Shown: one piece after another, positions 51,316 through 64,000 of the stretch
Layout of the letters: the number at the start of each line of letters is the position of its first letter
Position numbering within the stretch: position 1 is the stretch's first letter
Position numbers and translations under genes: made by a program
Notes under the pieces: generated by a model
Seen by the model: only the letters and a program-made list of their open reading frames with translations
What the model was told of the DNA's origin: nothing
The model's database searches: none
Source: the human T2T-CHM13v2.0 reference genome, Homo sapiens
Reading direction: 5' to 3' (one strand)
Assembly: GCF_009914755.1 (NCBI RefSeq)
Contig: NC_060930.1
Length of the DNA stretch: 64,000 nucleotides

Positions 51316-54300
51316 ACCTGGTATAAAATTCTAAGGATACTTGGCATATTTAGCCAAAGATACAGAACTTCCCGTAAGTGAGGAGGGTGCACGGGTACAC
51401 CATGTAGGATCAGATGCAATGTCCCCTTAGACAAAGGGTCTTCTTTTGTCTCCAGATGCCATAGCTGCTGACATTCTCTAAATAGGTGAGATCCCATCAG
51501 AATTGAGAAAAAAGTCGAATTCGTGCTAGGCTACTGCCCTTTTATGTTCGGGCTTAAATTTTCAATTCCTCAATTCTGGGAGAACTTATGTTAATCATCT
51601 ATGCCTTCCACTTAAAGGAATATTTACAAAACTATGTCCTTCTGATTCTCAAACCAAATACATCATCAACAAATCCACATCCTCATCTAGGCAACAAGAA
51701 CAGATTAAGTATTCCTTGAATAAACATGTACATTTTCAGCTTCTCTGTGTCCTAGAAATCTTTCATCCTTTATACCTGTTGAAAAATATTCTTTGGTGGA
51801 ACTTGTAACGATGAGGTGGGAAGCATCGAGTATAATTTTCCCATAAGTAGAATTATAGGGGTGATGATGTTACTTTGCTCTCTCCAGAATGATACCTTGG
51901 AGAGGGTTCAAAAATCCCATCCCTCGGCAGTTATGGTATCTCCCAGCCATGGGCATAGAGGATGGGAGATGCTGCAAGTTGTGAAGAAATCATTCTACTT
52001 AGTCTACTGCTGACACTTGCTCTTTTGGTTTATAATGCACAAAAGAGGATTTTCTTTGTTATCTCCCTAGAGCTCTCTCTCATTTTTTAGAGAATGCGAA
52101 AGTTCAAGGAAGGTTTTTAATATTTTAATACTATTTGTTTAATACATTTTCACCCTTTTTGCAGAAGGTTCATAGAATAGGACGTATAGATGGCCTCATC
52201 TGTTTGTTTTTAATTTTTAGATAAAACCAGGTAGATTTCCAATATAATGACTGTTTAAAAATCTCCCTCTCCATGTATTTTATCAACTTTATATAAAGAC
52301 ATTTGTCTTTTATATTACAGATGAGACATTATAGATTTCCGCAATTTTTTTAATGTTACATGGGATTTAGTCATTTCAATTATGACTTAATATTTGAGTA
52401 ATGCCACTACTCTCCAGATCTTCTATAATTACAATTCAATTTGTCAGAATTTACTTAATAGCCATGTGCCTAAGCATAAGGGAAACACTTGGTCTGTTTA
52501 GCAAACCTTCTGTCAGAGCAGAAATACAAGAAGATTGTAGCTGGCGATTACTGTTTTAGTGTGGGTAGGGTGTGCCATATGATGCAAGATGACTCCTGCC
52601 AACTAAGTCAGCAAAGGCTTTTGTTTAGCAGAATTCTGTTTAATAAAAGAAAGAGTTTTGATAAATAGTCTTGTCTCAGATGGATTAAACTATTGATTTA
52701 CCAATACTGTTCCTATCTTGACCCAAGGGGACACAGTGGATGCCACTTAGAATATTACAAACCCTCTGCCATATGCATGTTGTCTAGCCCATGCTTCAAC
52801 CCTATCACCTTTCAGCAGATTGCTTTAGACAAGAGATCTCATGGGCAAGGAATCTGCAATGCATATAAGCTTACTTGCTGATTTAATACAAGAGAGTCCT
52901 AGACATTGACCTTGTCTTGAGTTATTCTAACTTGGCAGGGCTGTAACACTGCAAAGACCTGCAAATCCCTTTTTAACAAGGCTACCTGAACCAAATGGCA
53001 CTGATCCAAATACATGAAAATTTAAAGATGTCCAGGAGATCAATAGATTACAGTATTAAAGAGTAGGAAGACTGACACTGCACTTAACTCAGGTCTACTT
53101 GTTTATCCAGTCAAGGATTCTGTCTTCAAGCATAATAGCTGCTCTGTTATCACTTTATAAATTGCTGTGCATATCATTTCAGTAATGAACTGAGAGAAGG
53201 CATTCTGTTTGAAGATGTTAAAGATACCAAATGTCTCACTAATATCCCCAGATGTTCAATTATTTGAAGGAAACTATTTAATCTCTAAGCAGGTTGCATT
53301 TTTAATTTTCCCAAAAACAGCGGGTAGGATGGATATTATAATGTCGATAGAGCCCAAGGTCTTTGAAGCACCCAAAGGCATTGTAGCCCAACCGAAGTGG
53401 TTCTCAAGGAAAGAGGCAGTCCAAGAATGGGACGCAGGTGCTTACAATTCTGCTTACAATTCTTTTCTTTCATCATAAAAAATATTCTATAATTTTTCAG
53501 GGTGAGAGAGAAATTGGAATACCTATTAACTTGGCACTAAGTAAATCTAAGTTGGCAAGATTTATAGTGTACCCAGTGCAGAAAAGTTCATATGTGTGCA
53601 TTATATACCGTGTCTAAAACGGCAGCCTAACACACTGCTACTCTAACGACAATATATTTTGCACAAATGCTCTGTGAGTTTTGTATGGAGAGTTTTCCCT
53701 TGGTGATGTGTTTCTAACACATCTCCATTATGATGTGCTGAAAATATCAGTTGTCAAAACCATGGTAAAGGAAGCTCACAAGTATACGTATATACATATA
53801 TTTGCTCCTACAGCAAGGCATCTAAACTTAAATATTTATATAATATTTTATTATATAAAGTTTTCTTCAGGTTCCCAGTATAGTCTAGGTTTAACATTCC
53901 TAGTGAAAAGCAAAAAATAAAATAAAATTAATGGGTACAAATAAAGGGCTGGAGACTGGCAGAAGCAATATTACTAGAAGAGAAGGTCTGGGTCCTAGTG
54001 GTAAGCACCCTATTAATATTATGTGTGCTCTGGGAAGTATCTTTCTTTAGCAGAGCTTCAGTTTCCACATTGTAACATGATCAAATTTGAATAGGTGATT
54101 TTTAAAGTTTATATTTAGTCTAATTTCTACAATAACTATGGTTAAACCAGAACAAAAGTGTAGACAAATTTTAACATTACATTTCTGTACCTACATGCTG
54201 TTCATCCACTTGGTCCATGAAGTTCTCAGCTTTAAATGTGTCCCTGTTATTACAAAGACAGATAAAGGACTTTTCTGTGAAAAGGTGTTTGGGAAGGTAT

Positions 54301-56519
54301 TGATGGTTGAGTGCAAATGAAGAAGGGAATGTGCTTTCATTTTGGGTTGGCAGGCACCCCACCAAAAATGAAATAAAGGTGTAATGGGTTCATTGAATAA
54401 GATGGGCTCTGTAGAGCACAAGCATAAAACAAGGCAATGTCATTTTCCCTTCAAAGTGTGTCTTCAGTCTCTTTTAGTACTCTCTCTGTGGATTAGTTCT
54501 TTTTCTGCCCCTGGATGAAACTTAGGCTGGTTTTACTTCTCCAATGATAAACAAATGGTCTCTTGTTTGGGGATTAAAACTTTAGTCTGATCCAATAATC
54601 ACACAACTCCAGTCCATTGCAGAATATTAATCAAGACTTCAAATGTGTATCCAGGTAAATCTTCTTTCTCCCGTCTTGGGCCTGGCCCAGTCATGGAATC
54701 CTAGAGTCCAGAGAAAGGTCAGTGTTGTTTCTTCAGTCCTTCCTGATTTTGGTTTCTGACCCATCTCACTTTGGAGAGGATGATCAGGGAATCAATAGGG
54801 AAACAGCAGAGTCTTATCTACTTGGTTACTGCTGCCATCTGCCCTCGGTGCCAGCTACAACTGGGCCGATGTCCAAAAGTGAACCTATCTTTTGGTGAGA
54901 TTTTATGGGTTTCCAGAGGATCCACTACTGAGATTTATGACTGCAGTTCCCTGAATTTGGTAAATGCTTCTCTTTCAGCTGGTCAGAAATGTCTTCTACC
55001 TCAGCTTCTGTGTTCCTTGCAATTCATTTTTTTTTTTTTTTTGGAGAGTTAGAAACAAGGTTTATTGAATGGAGAAGGAGATGGGGTGAGGTTTTGAACT
55101 GAGCTTAGGGTTAGACAAGAGAGGAGTAACTGAACATGCCCCTTACTTTTTAAGCTTCCAAGCCTGGAGGAGGCCTGAACTAAAAGACAGGAGCAGTTTT
55201 ACATTGGATAAGAGTTTATACTTTTGAGAATCACCCTGGGTGAGACTAAGATATTTAGATTGGACAAATTCTTAATGCCCAAACTAAGAGACAAGTTGTT
55301 TATTATCTTGATGTAATTGTTAAGTAGTGTGACCTATTTTTCATTTTGCTTTGAGACAAAAAAAGGAGTTGCATCTTGCATCCTATTTTAACCGTAAAAT
55401 CATTACACCACATAGTTAAGATTAAGGTTCTTAAAATATAACTTGAAGTTTGAACACCATCTCTCCCGTGTCATTAATTAAATATCACCATCAATAATGC
55501 AATCACTGTTTCTGTAGACTAAGCAACTTCTTGTGCTTTCTACTTTGGGCTAAGATTACTTCTCTGTGAATCCCCAGTGGTCACTGAAAAAGATGAAGAG
55601 AAATCTTAGGAGATATAAATGTGTAAGACACATTTTGAAGATAGATTGGTTCATCCAGGAGTCTGGCACTATAGCTTCTTTATCTCCGTGTCATCTGCTA
55701 TGATGACTTGGAAATGAGCAGCTGCAATGAGACAGCACATTGTCTGAATGCATTGGAAAGGGAACATCCTAATAATAATGCTAGCACTAATGAGCTTCAC
55801 ATTAATTAATGATAGTGACAGTAGTTGAATCTTATTCAAATAACATGAACACAAATAAAAACATGCCCGGGCTTGCTTGTCACACTGCTGCACTGAATGC
55901 TACAGTCTGTTAAATAGTTGGGCAACAGCCAAATACCTGGAGTGCATCACAGAATACTACCTGATAATTCTTCAGTCAGTTTCTGTATAAATGAAAACTG
56001 TTCTTTTATGGCCTTAGATACAAGAAGTGAAGTACAGGCTAAACATCTATATTTGTAGGAGAAAAGCTTCTCCTATATTTTGCATGTAACTGTAAAGTTT
56101 CCATTAATTGGGGTTTTTACTGACCCCATTTTACCAACAGTGGTGTCCTGAGATTATGTCCGTAGGCTTATCTCAGAAGGCTAGTGAATTGCTTCCAGAA
56201 TAATCTTAGAGAGCAGGGTAGGTCCCTCAACAGACCATTGTAAAGTTCTGAGAATATGACTTCTGTGTTCCCCTGTAGACACCTGGATTTTGCTTAGACA
56301 TGACGTGCTAGTGTATCAACATGTGCAAATGTCCTGTGGTTGCAACTTTACATATGCTGATTTTTGCACGGTTCTTCCTAGTGGGTGGAACTCAGTGGGT
56401 AGAATTTTAGCATCTAGCTATATATTTTTCCTTTTTGTTACATGTTCCCTCAAACTGGAGTATTTTGACTCTGCATTGCCAGAGAATTTCATGAATCCCT
56501 GTAGGCTAAGGTTTCTTAG

Positions 56520-56743
56520 AGCAAGGTTTCTCAATCTCAACACTATTGAAATTTGCATGGGATAATTGTTGTGGGGAGCGTCCTGTGCCCTCTAGGGTGG
56601 TTTGGAGCATCCCTCTCCTCCACCTATTAGGTGCCAGTAGAAAACCTAGCCCAATTGTGACAACTAACAATATCTCTAGATATTGCCAAATATCCTCTGG
56701 GAGGGGAGCAAAATTATTCCATACCCCCATTTAGGACCACTGC
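56520..56743 (+). mobile_element. MER20 hAT MITE
   Basis: gcaaggtttctcaatctcaacactattga...ttgtgacaactaacaatatctctagatattgccaaatatcctctggg...aggaccactg. Confidence 0.85.
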
Positions 56744-57534
56744 CTTAGAGGGAGGGTCTTCTTTCTTATTCAAGGACTTTGCAAAGAATATTAACAGAGC
56801 ACCTATGATTCACATTTGTTAGCAAACCTGAAAATACCCTAAAAGGCCCTTGCCAGAGTCACCTTTTAAACTGCAAAATGTGAATAATGCCAATTTTTAG
56901 AAAGAATGTGCTTTATCTCAGATTCATTGAGATGGGAAATATGGTTTCAGCCTTTAAATAGATAATGATATTTTTGAAAGAGCAGGTGCATTTTAATAAC
57001 ATGCTTCTATTTTTGAATGACAACACTACTAATAATGCTACAATCCTAATATTATAATGATTCAGATATTACCATTAGTAAAATCATCCAGCGAGATGAA
57101 TTTGTGCATTTTGATCTTTTCATTATATATACATAATGCAAATGTGAAAAAACTTACAGAATAAAATGTTACTACAGATTTTTTTCAAAAGTGAAAAACA
57201 AATTTATCTGTTATAGGAATAGGGATGGGAGACAAAAAAAAAAAACAGACAGAAAACTTTAATTGTTATGAGATAGATGGTAGGCAGAAGAGGAGAATAG
57301 ATGAGCAAAGTGGTCCAAAATAAATATGTTCAAGAGAAAATGGTTTAAAATGACTCTTCTCTCAGAGCTCCAAGTAAGAATTGTTGCGCACAGTTTAGTC
57401 TTGGGTAATTTACAGCTCTGAATGTCAGTGCGAACCTTCTCTCCAAGGGAAGGGCATTTACTGAGAGCCTGTAAACGCATTACCTATGCTATCTAATTTA
57501 GTAATCCTTTCTACAAGCCTGGAACATTCAGAGG

Positions 57535-57669
57535 TGCTTGCTTGCTTGCTTGCTTTCTTTCTTTCTTTCTTTCTCTCTTTCTCTTTCTCTCTTTTCTTTC
57601 TTCCTTTCTTCCTTTCCTCCTTTCCTCCTTTTTCTTTCTTTCTTTCTTTCTTTCTTCTTTCTTTCTTTT

Positions 57670-57705
<36 letters not shown>

Positions 57706-57770
57706 TTTTTCTTTCTTTTTCTTTCTTTTCTTTCTTCCTTGCTTGCTTCCTTCCTTCCTTCCTTCCTTTC

Positions 57771-57803
<33 letters not shown>

Positions 57804-57815
57804 TTTCTTTCTTTT

Positions 57816-57848
<33 letters not shown>

Positions 57849-57856
57849 TTTCTTTC

Positions 57857-57912
<56 letters not shown>

Positions 57913-58007
57913 TTTCTTTCTTTTCTTTCTTCCTTCCTTCCTTCCTTGCTTCCTTCCTTCCTTTCTCTTTCTTTCTTTTTGTTGTTGTTGTTGTTGTTGT
58001 TGTTGTT
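57535..58007. repeat. ~445-bp (TTTC)/(CCTT)/(GCTT) polypyrimidine tract followed by (GTT)9
   Basis: Direct read; explains five low-complexity ORFs at 57458-58138. Confidence 0.95.
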
Positions 58008-58258
58008 TTCTCAGAATAAGAGTGGGTGAAAAAACTGGGATGCCTCTGCCCAGAAACCCTAGGGATAACACCGAAAATGAATAAAACTGAAAATACATCA
58101 CAATGGTACAAGTGATCTGAGAGCTTTCTCTGCCCCATCTTTAAAAGCTGCTTGAATCTACCCAGGCTTCAGGAGTGATAATCTAACCACTATGAAGTTT
58201 TAAATCATGATTGTTAGTAGAAAATATCACCTACATTTTTAGAAAATAGGAATATGCG

Positions 58259-58678
<420 letters not shown>

Positions 58679-59354
58679 TTAGTTTATTTTTCTTTGAAGC
58701 ATTTCTAAAAATATTTTCCTTTCTAGTACCAGCTTATTAACTTGAATGCATTCTCATCAGGCCCTGTCTTGGTTCCTGCATAATTCTTAAAGCAAAGGGC
58801 TATCTGCTAAGTATCCTAGGAACTTATCAGACTCCCACAAAGTTACCAAGGCTGAAAGAATTGTTTATACAATGTGAATAAAAATACTTTATGCACTGCG
58901 ATTATAAACCACTGACTCTCAGCTCATACTATAAAAATTCTTCAAGAAGCTGGTATTTTATTTTTGCATGAAAATTTCATTCAGATACATTTCAACTTAT
59001 AGGACTAGGAAACTAAAAATACTGAAACTCAGTTTCAAGCAAGGAATTGACTTTAATGGAAAAAAGCATAAAATTTATTGTGGGTCAAAAGACAGGAATA
59101 CAAGTGTCATCTAGCCTATGTATTTGTCATGTGTAGTAGGAAAGATACTGTTATGTTGCACAATTATAGGTATATTTCCTCCATTTCCATCTTTGCCGAA
59201 GACCTGCCCCCCCATTTGAGTTAATGATGCTTATTCTTTGAGACTTTGTATCAGACTAAGTATCAGTCTGATACAAAGTATGAGACTGTATCTGTTCACC
59301 TTTTTGGGGATTCTTGACACAGAATGCAGTACCCACACCAACTGTATTGCTTAA

Positions 59355-60295
59355 TTTTTGTAACTTTTTATTTTGAAGTAATTTCAAACTTATAGAAATG
59401 TTGTAAATATAATAAAAACACTCTCATATACCATATACTCGAAATCCCAATTATTGACAATTTATCACATTTGCTTTGTTATGTTCTCTCTTCCTTTCTT
59501 CTCCTTCTCATGTGGGTGTACACAGACATAAACACAAACAGATACCATTTTCTTTAAGCCGTAAGAGAGTAAGTTGTAGAAATGAAATCCCTTTACCTCT
59601 AAATCCTTTAGTGTATATTAGTTAAGAAAAACCATGTTCTCTTATATAACTGCAGTACAATTATAAAGATGATAGAATTGCATTCATAAAATATTAATAT
59701 CTAATTTGTAGACTTAATCAAATTTCAATCACTGACATATTTAAGCATTTTATAGAAAAAAATTGTGGTCCAAAATCCAATCATGGGTTGCATTCTGTTA
59801 CTGTCTTGTCTACTTTTCTCTGGAACAGGTCCTTGGGATTTATTTTTTGATCTTTCATGACTTTGATATATTTTTATAGTATAGACAAGTAGTTTTCTAG
59901 AATGTCTATCAATCTGGGTTTGTCTAATGTTTCCTCATTATTAGATTTAGGCTATATTTCTTTGCAAGAATACCTTGTGATACTGTGTCCTTAGCACATT
60001 GTACCAGGAGGCACATGATGTCATTTTAAACATTACTGGCAATGTTAGTTTTGATCACTTGGTTAAAATGGTGTTTACCAGGGTTCTCCCCTTTAAGTCA
60101 CCCTATTTTTCTTTGCAGTTAATAAGTATTTCGTGGGGAGATACTTTAAAGTTATATTTAAGTATCCTCTTCCTTATTGAACTCTCCACCCACTGGTTTT
60201 AGCATCCATTGATGATTGTTCCCTGAATCAATTACTATTATAAGGATTAACAAATTGAGATCTAACTCCATAATTTTCTCTTCATTTATTAGTAC
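59355..60295 (-). mobile_element. L1MC-like 3' fragment
   Basis: ttttattttgaagtaatttcaaacttatagaaatgttg; gttagttttgatcacttggttaaaatggtgtttaccagg; gttttagcatccattgatgatt. Confidence 0.75.
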
Positions 60296-60585
60296 TAAAT
60301 ACTATTTTAAACAAAATGGAGGCTGAATCCCCGAAGAATGGCTAATTCCAGGGCAAGGGATAGAAAAGGCAAAATAAGTCTGAACTATCTTGTATAGCAA
60401 GAAAGCATGGAGTTTCTATAAAAATGATGGGAATATGTCAAAATGATACCAGAGCTGGCCTGAAGGGGCTCTACTCAATACATCTTGGATAATTAGAGCA
60501 CCAAAATGAATACAATAATATGAATGATGGGCTATAATCCATTGACTAAAATAAGAATAATAATGTAAGCATCTATGAGGCCATT

Positions 60586-60932
60586 GCATGGATGGAGATG
60601 GAAGCCATTATCCTCAGCAAACTAATGCAGGAACAGAAAACCAAATACCACGTGTTCTCACTTATAAGTGGGAGCTGAATGATGAGAACACATGGACACA
60701 CTGTGGAGTACAACACACACTGGGGCCTGTCAGAGTGTGGGGGTTGGGAGGAGAGAGAGCATTAGGAAGAATAACTAATAGATGCTGGGCTCAATATCTA
60801 GGTGATGGGATGATCTGTGCAGCAGACTGCCTTGGCACACATTTGCCTGTGTAGCAAACCTACACATCCTGCACATTTACCCCTGAACATAAAATAAAAA
60901 TTGGAAATAAAAACAAATAAAAATTAAAAAAT
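60586..60932 (+). mobile_element. L1PA 3'-end fragment with A-rich tail
   Basis: catggatggagatggaagccattatcctcagcaaactaatgcaggaacagaaaaccaaatacc...cacatcctgcacatttacccctgaac. Confidence 0.92.
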
Positions 60933-61744
60933 AATGAATGAATGAATAGAATATGAATGAATGAATAGAATATGAATGAATAGAATAATCAATGAATAAA
61001 TAGAAAGTTGTAAATATAAAGCTCTTTCTATTAGAAAGAAAAGAAGTAAGACTAGAATGCCCATTTTCTTTTTAAAGAGCCATTGGTTTGATGGAAGTGT
61101 GTTAAAAATCTAGTCAACAAGCCAGAACTTCATTACCTCCTCAAAGGTACTTCCAACACATTCCTGAGAGACATAACGGCATCCTTGCTACAGAGAAATG
61201 TGAAATTCTTGAGAGGTGTCTTTGCTATGAGACAGAAAAGAATACTGACCCACCGCCATTAGTTCCGGGGAGCATGACACAGAAAAATATTTCAGGGGCT
61301 TTAAATCACCAGACTTTTAATCACCAGATTAAGACTTCTAGTCTTATGCCTTTAATAAGAGCTACAGTTAAATATGTTTTATAATACTCCAAGCTGTAAT
61401 TTAAACCTTGATGCCCCCCTACCTGTCGACAGATAAAGAGGCTCCCTGCTTAGTCAGAACCCTGGCCATCACCTAGTGTTTACTGCTAAGTGTGTCTGTA
61501 ACATTCTGGAGACTGGAATAGGAAGCTCACTCACCATATGCCTAAATATTTACAAAGTTATATCTCTAGCTAACAATTTTGCTAAGTAAAATATGTTCCA
61601 CCTTCCTATTCTGAAAAATGTACCATCAAAATTACAAATAAAAGTGTTAATGTATGGCTTTTGTATGACTACAAATAAGCAAAAAAGCCAAGTTGGATGA
61701 ATTTTATTATTGTTGCACATACCTGAACATTCTTTTGATGGTAC

Positions 61745-62335
61745 AATGATGTTTCCCCCATGAAAGCAGGTTCTGAGGAAAGGACTCTGGTGCAGGCAAA
61801 CATATTTAGATGGTTTTCCCAGGAAGTACAAGAGATGGAGCAAGAAAATAGAGGCAGGAAAGGATGAAAAGCTAAATAAGTATGTGTTAGTCAATAGTTT
61901 ACCACCGTGGAAAACTGGGCCTCACTTCCACTGGAGGAAATCTTTAACTAAAACACCCTCCACCATCCTTGCCTTTGTACACATACATGAGGTTGTTTTT
62001 CTTCAATACATAGTTCAATTTTAGGAAATTAATTTTCTATGCCAAAAGCATATTTGCAGATTGATTAGTTTATTTTCCTCTAAAGCATTTCTGAAACTCT
62101 TTCTTCTTTCTAATAATAGTTGTTTAACCTGAATGCATTTTCATTAGTGCAGTCCACCTCTAAGAATTGTCACACAGTGAGACAGGGAAGCTTGGATATT
62201 TTAAAATATATTTTGACTTTCCTTGATTGATGATTGTCTATGAAAGTATTAAATTCTCAGTACTTGAGGCTGTTATATTCACTGTCTGAGCAAGACCCCC
62301 ATAGCACCAGAGAGAGCTCTCAGAGAAGCAGGAAG
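61745..62335. mobile_element. ERVL-type LTR (LTR16/LTR33-like), interrupted by a ~200-bp insert (~61945-62147)
   Basis: aaagcaggttctgaggaaaggactctggtgcagg...cccaggaagtacaagag; resumes at cacctctaagaattgtcacacagtgagacagggaagcttgg. Confidence 0.55.
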
Positions 62336-62669
62336 TCATAAGCCCTTGAGTTTTTTTTCCAAAAAATTATTTTTTAGATTTTATAATCAAGATTTTTATA
62401 TATGTTCTATCCCAAGTAATAAGCTAAATGCATTTTAAGGTCACAAAATTTGTATTTTCATCAAAGATGAAATTCAGAGTAAGTATAAAGTTAAAAATAG
62501 TAATATTTCCAGATTTTTAAAGGTCTTTGAAAAAATATTTAAATGACAAGGCAAAGCACAAGTTATACCAACATCAAAATGTTAAATCAAAATCATTTTT
62601 AGACAGGTGACATTTTTATGTTTTATTTTGAAAACTGATTAAATCTTTTAAGACATTTTAAAATAACCT

Positions 62670-63245
62670 ATTTTGTTATAATTTTATATTTACAAAAGTC
62701 ATAAAAATAATGAGATAATTCCTTATCTCGTTTCCCCTATTGTTAACATCTTACTTTACCATGCTATATTTCTCACAATTAAGAAAGCAACATTGGCACA
62801 TCATTATGAACTGAATTCCATATTTTATTCAAATTTCATCAGTTTTCCACTAGTGTTCTTTTCTGTTTTAGAATCCAATCTGGGATACCATATTGCATTT
62901 TATTTTTGTGTCTCCTTAGTCTTCTCTGGTCTATGATGGTTTCATAGTCTTTCTCTCTTTTTCATCTTTCTCTCTTGAAAGATTTTAGGAGTACTGGTAT
63001 TTTGTAGAGTGTCCTTCAGTTGGGGTTTATCTGATGTTTTTCTCATGATTAGATGGTGGTCATGGATTTAGGGGAAGAATACCAAAAAGTGAGGTACTCT
63101 TCTTGTCATATGTCAGGGGACACCTGCTATACACATGAGAAGCTGATGTTTGCCACTTCTTCAGTGTAAGTTTACATACTCTATCTTTTGGAGATGAGCC
63201 ACTAAATCCAGCTCATAATCAGGAAGATGGGGAAATTAAGGTTTG
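62670..63245 (-). mobile_element. L1MC-like 3' fragment
   Basis: tttcccctattgttaacatcttac; ttttgtagagtgtccttcagttggggtttatctgatgtttttctcatgattaga. Confidence 0.75.
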
Positions 63246-63251
63246 TTCCAT

Positions 63252-64000
63252 ATTTTTTGTTATTATTTTATTTTAGGCTCAGAGGGTACATGTACATGTT
63301 TGTTAAATGTATATATTGCATAATGGTGAGGTTTGGGTTTCTAGTAAACTGTTACCAAATAGTGAACATTGTACTCAACCGGTAATTTTTCAACCCTCAG
63401 CCCCTTCTAGCTTTCCCTCTATTGGAATCCCCAGTGTCTATTATTTCCATTTTTATGTCGATGTATATGCATTGTTTAGCTCCAACTTATACGTGAGAAC
63501 ATATAGTACTTTGTATTAGTCCGTTCTCACACTGCTATAAAGAAATACCTGAGACTGGGTAATATATGAAGGAAAGAGGTTTAATTAACTCACAATTCCA
63601 CAGGGCTAGGGAGGCCTCAGAAAACTTACAATCATGGTGGAAGGGGAAGCAGACACCTCTTACAGGGTGGCAGCAGAGAAAGAGGAGCAAGTGTGAAGGA
63701 GGAACTGTCAAACACTTATAAAACCATCAGATCTCATGAGAACACACTGACTATCACAAGAAAGGCATTGGGAAAACTGCCTCCATGATCCAATCACCTC
63801 CAACCAGGTCCCTCCCTTGACATGTGGGGATAATGAGGATTACAATTAAAGATGAGATTTGGGTGGAGACACAGAGTCAAACCGTATCATATTTTATTTT
63901 CTCTTTCTGAGTTATTTCACTTAGGATAATGGCCTCCAGCTCCGTTCATGTTTCTGTAAAGATCATAATTTTATTCTTTTCTATGGCTGCATAGTATTCC
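63252..64000 (-). mobile_element. L1PB/MA-type 3' end, split by a THE1 LTR, runs off the window end
   Basis: agggtacatgtacatgtttgtta...gtttagctccaacttatacgtgagaacat | ttcacttaggataatggcctccagctcc...atggctgcatagtattcc. Confidence 0.88.
63512..63889 (-). mobile_element. THE1(D)/MSTA-like solo LTR with 5-bp TSD
   Basis: TG...CA termini (tgtattagtccgttctcacactgctataaag ... caaaccgtatca); flanks tactt / tattt. Confidence 0.9.

Noticed and set aside
57458-58138. Five overlapping 163-226-aa ORFs
   Set aside because: Same simple-repeat artefact

Overview
AT-rich, CpG-depleted primate genomic DNA (AluY, AluS/AluJ, THE1/MST, L1P/L1M, L2, MIR, CR1/L3, MER5/20/33/44, Tigger3). It looks intergenic or deep-intronic. 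I find no credible protein-coding gene: the long ORFs are translations of GA/CT simple repeats, Alu pieces or decayed L1 ORF2. The only recognisable gene is an isolated tRNA-Gln(CTG) at 45979-46050. It has a C at the normally invariant D-loop G19 and no proximal T4 terminator, and is followed after 8 bp by a same-strand, internally deleted Alu. The main unexplained structures are a 329-bp, ~97% identical inverted repeat pair around an 823-bp spacer (19562-21042) with a tandem array and hairpin at one breakpoint, and several locally templated insertions and palindromes that look like DNA-repair or template-switch scars. There is also a good CTCF-like motif and a few homeobox-rich non-repeat blocks. 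I cannot support a wholly new biological system; the best leads are the possible tRNA-Alu read-through unit and the invertible cassette. Repeat subfamily calls are from remembered consensus sequences and boundaries of old elements are approximate.
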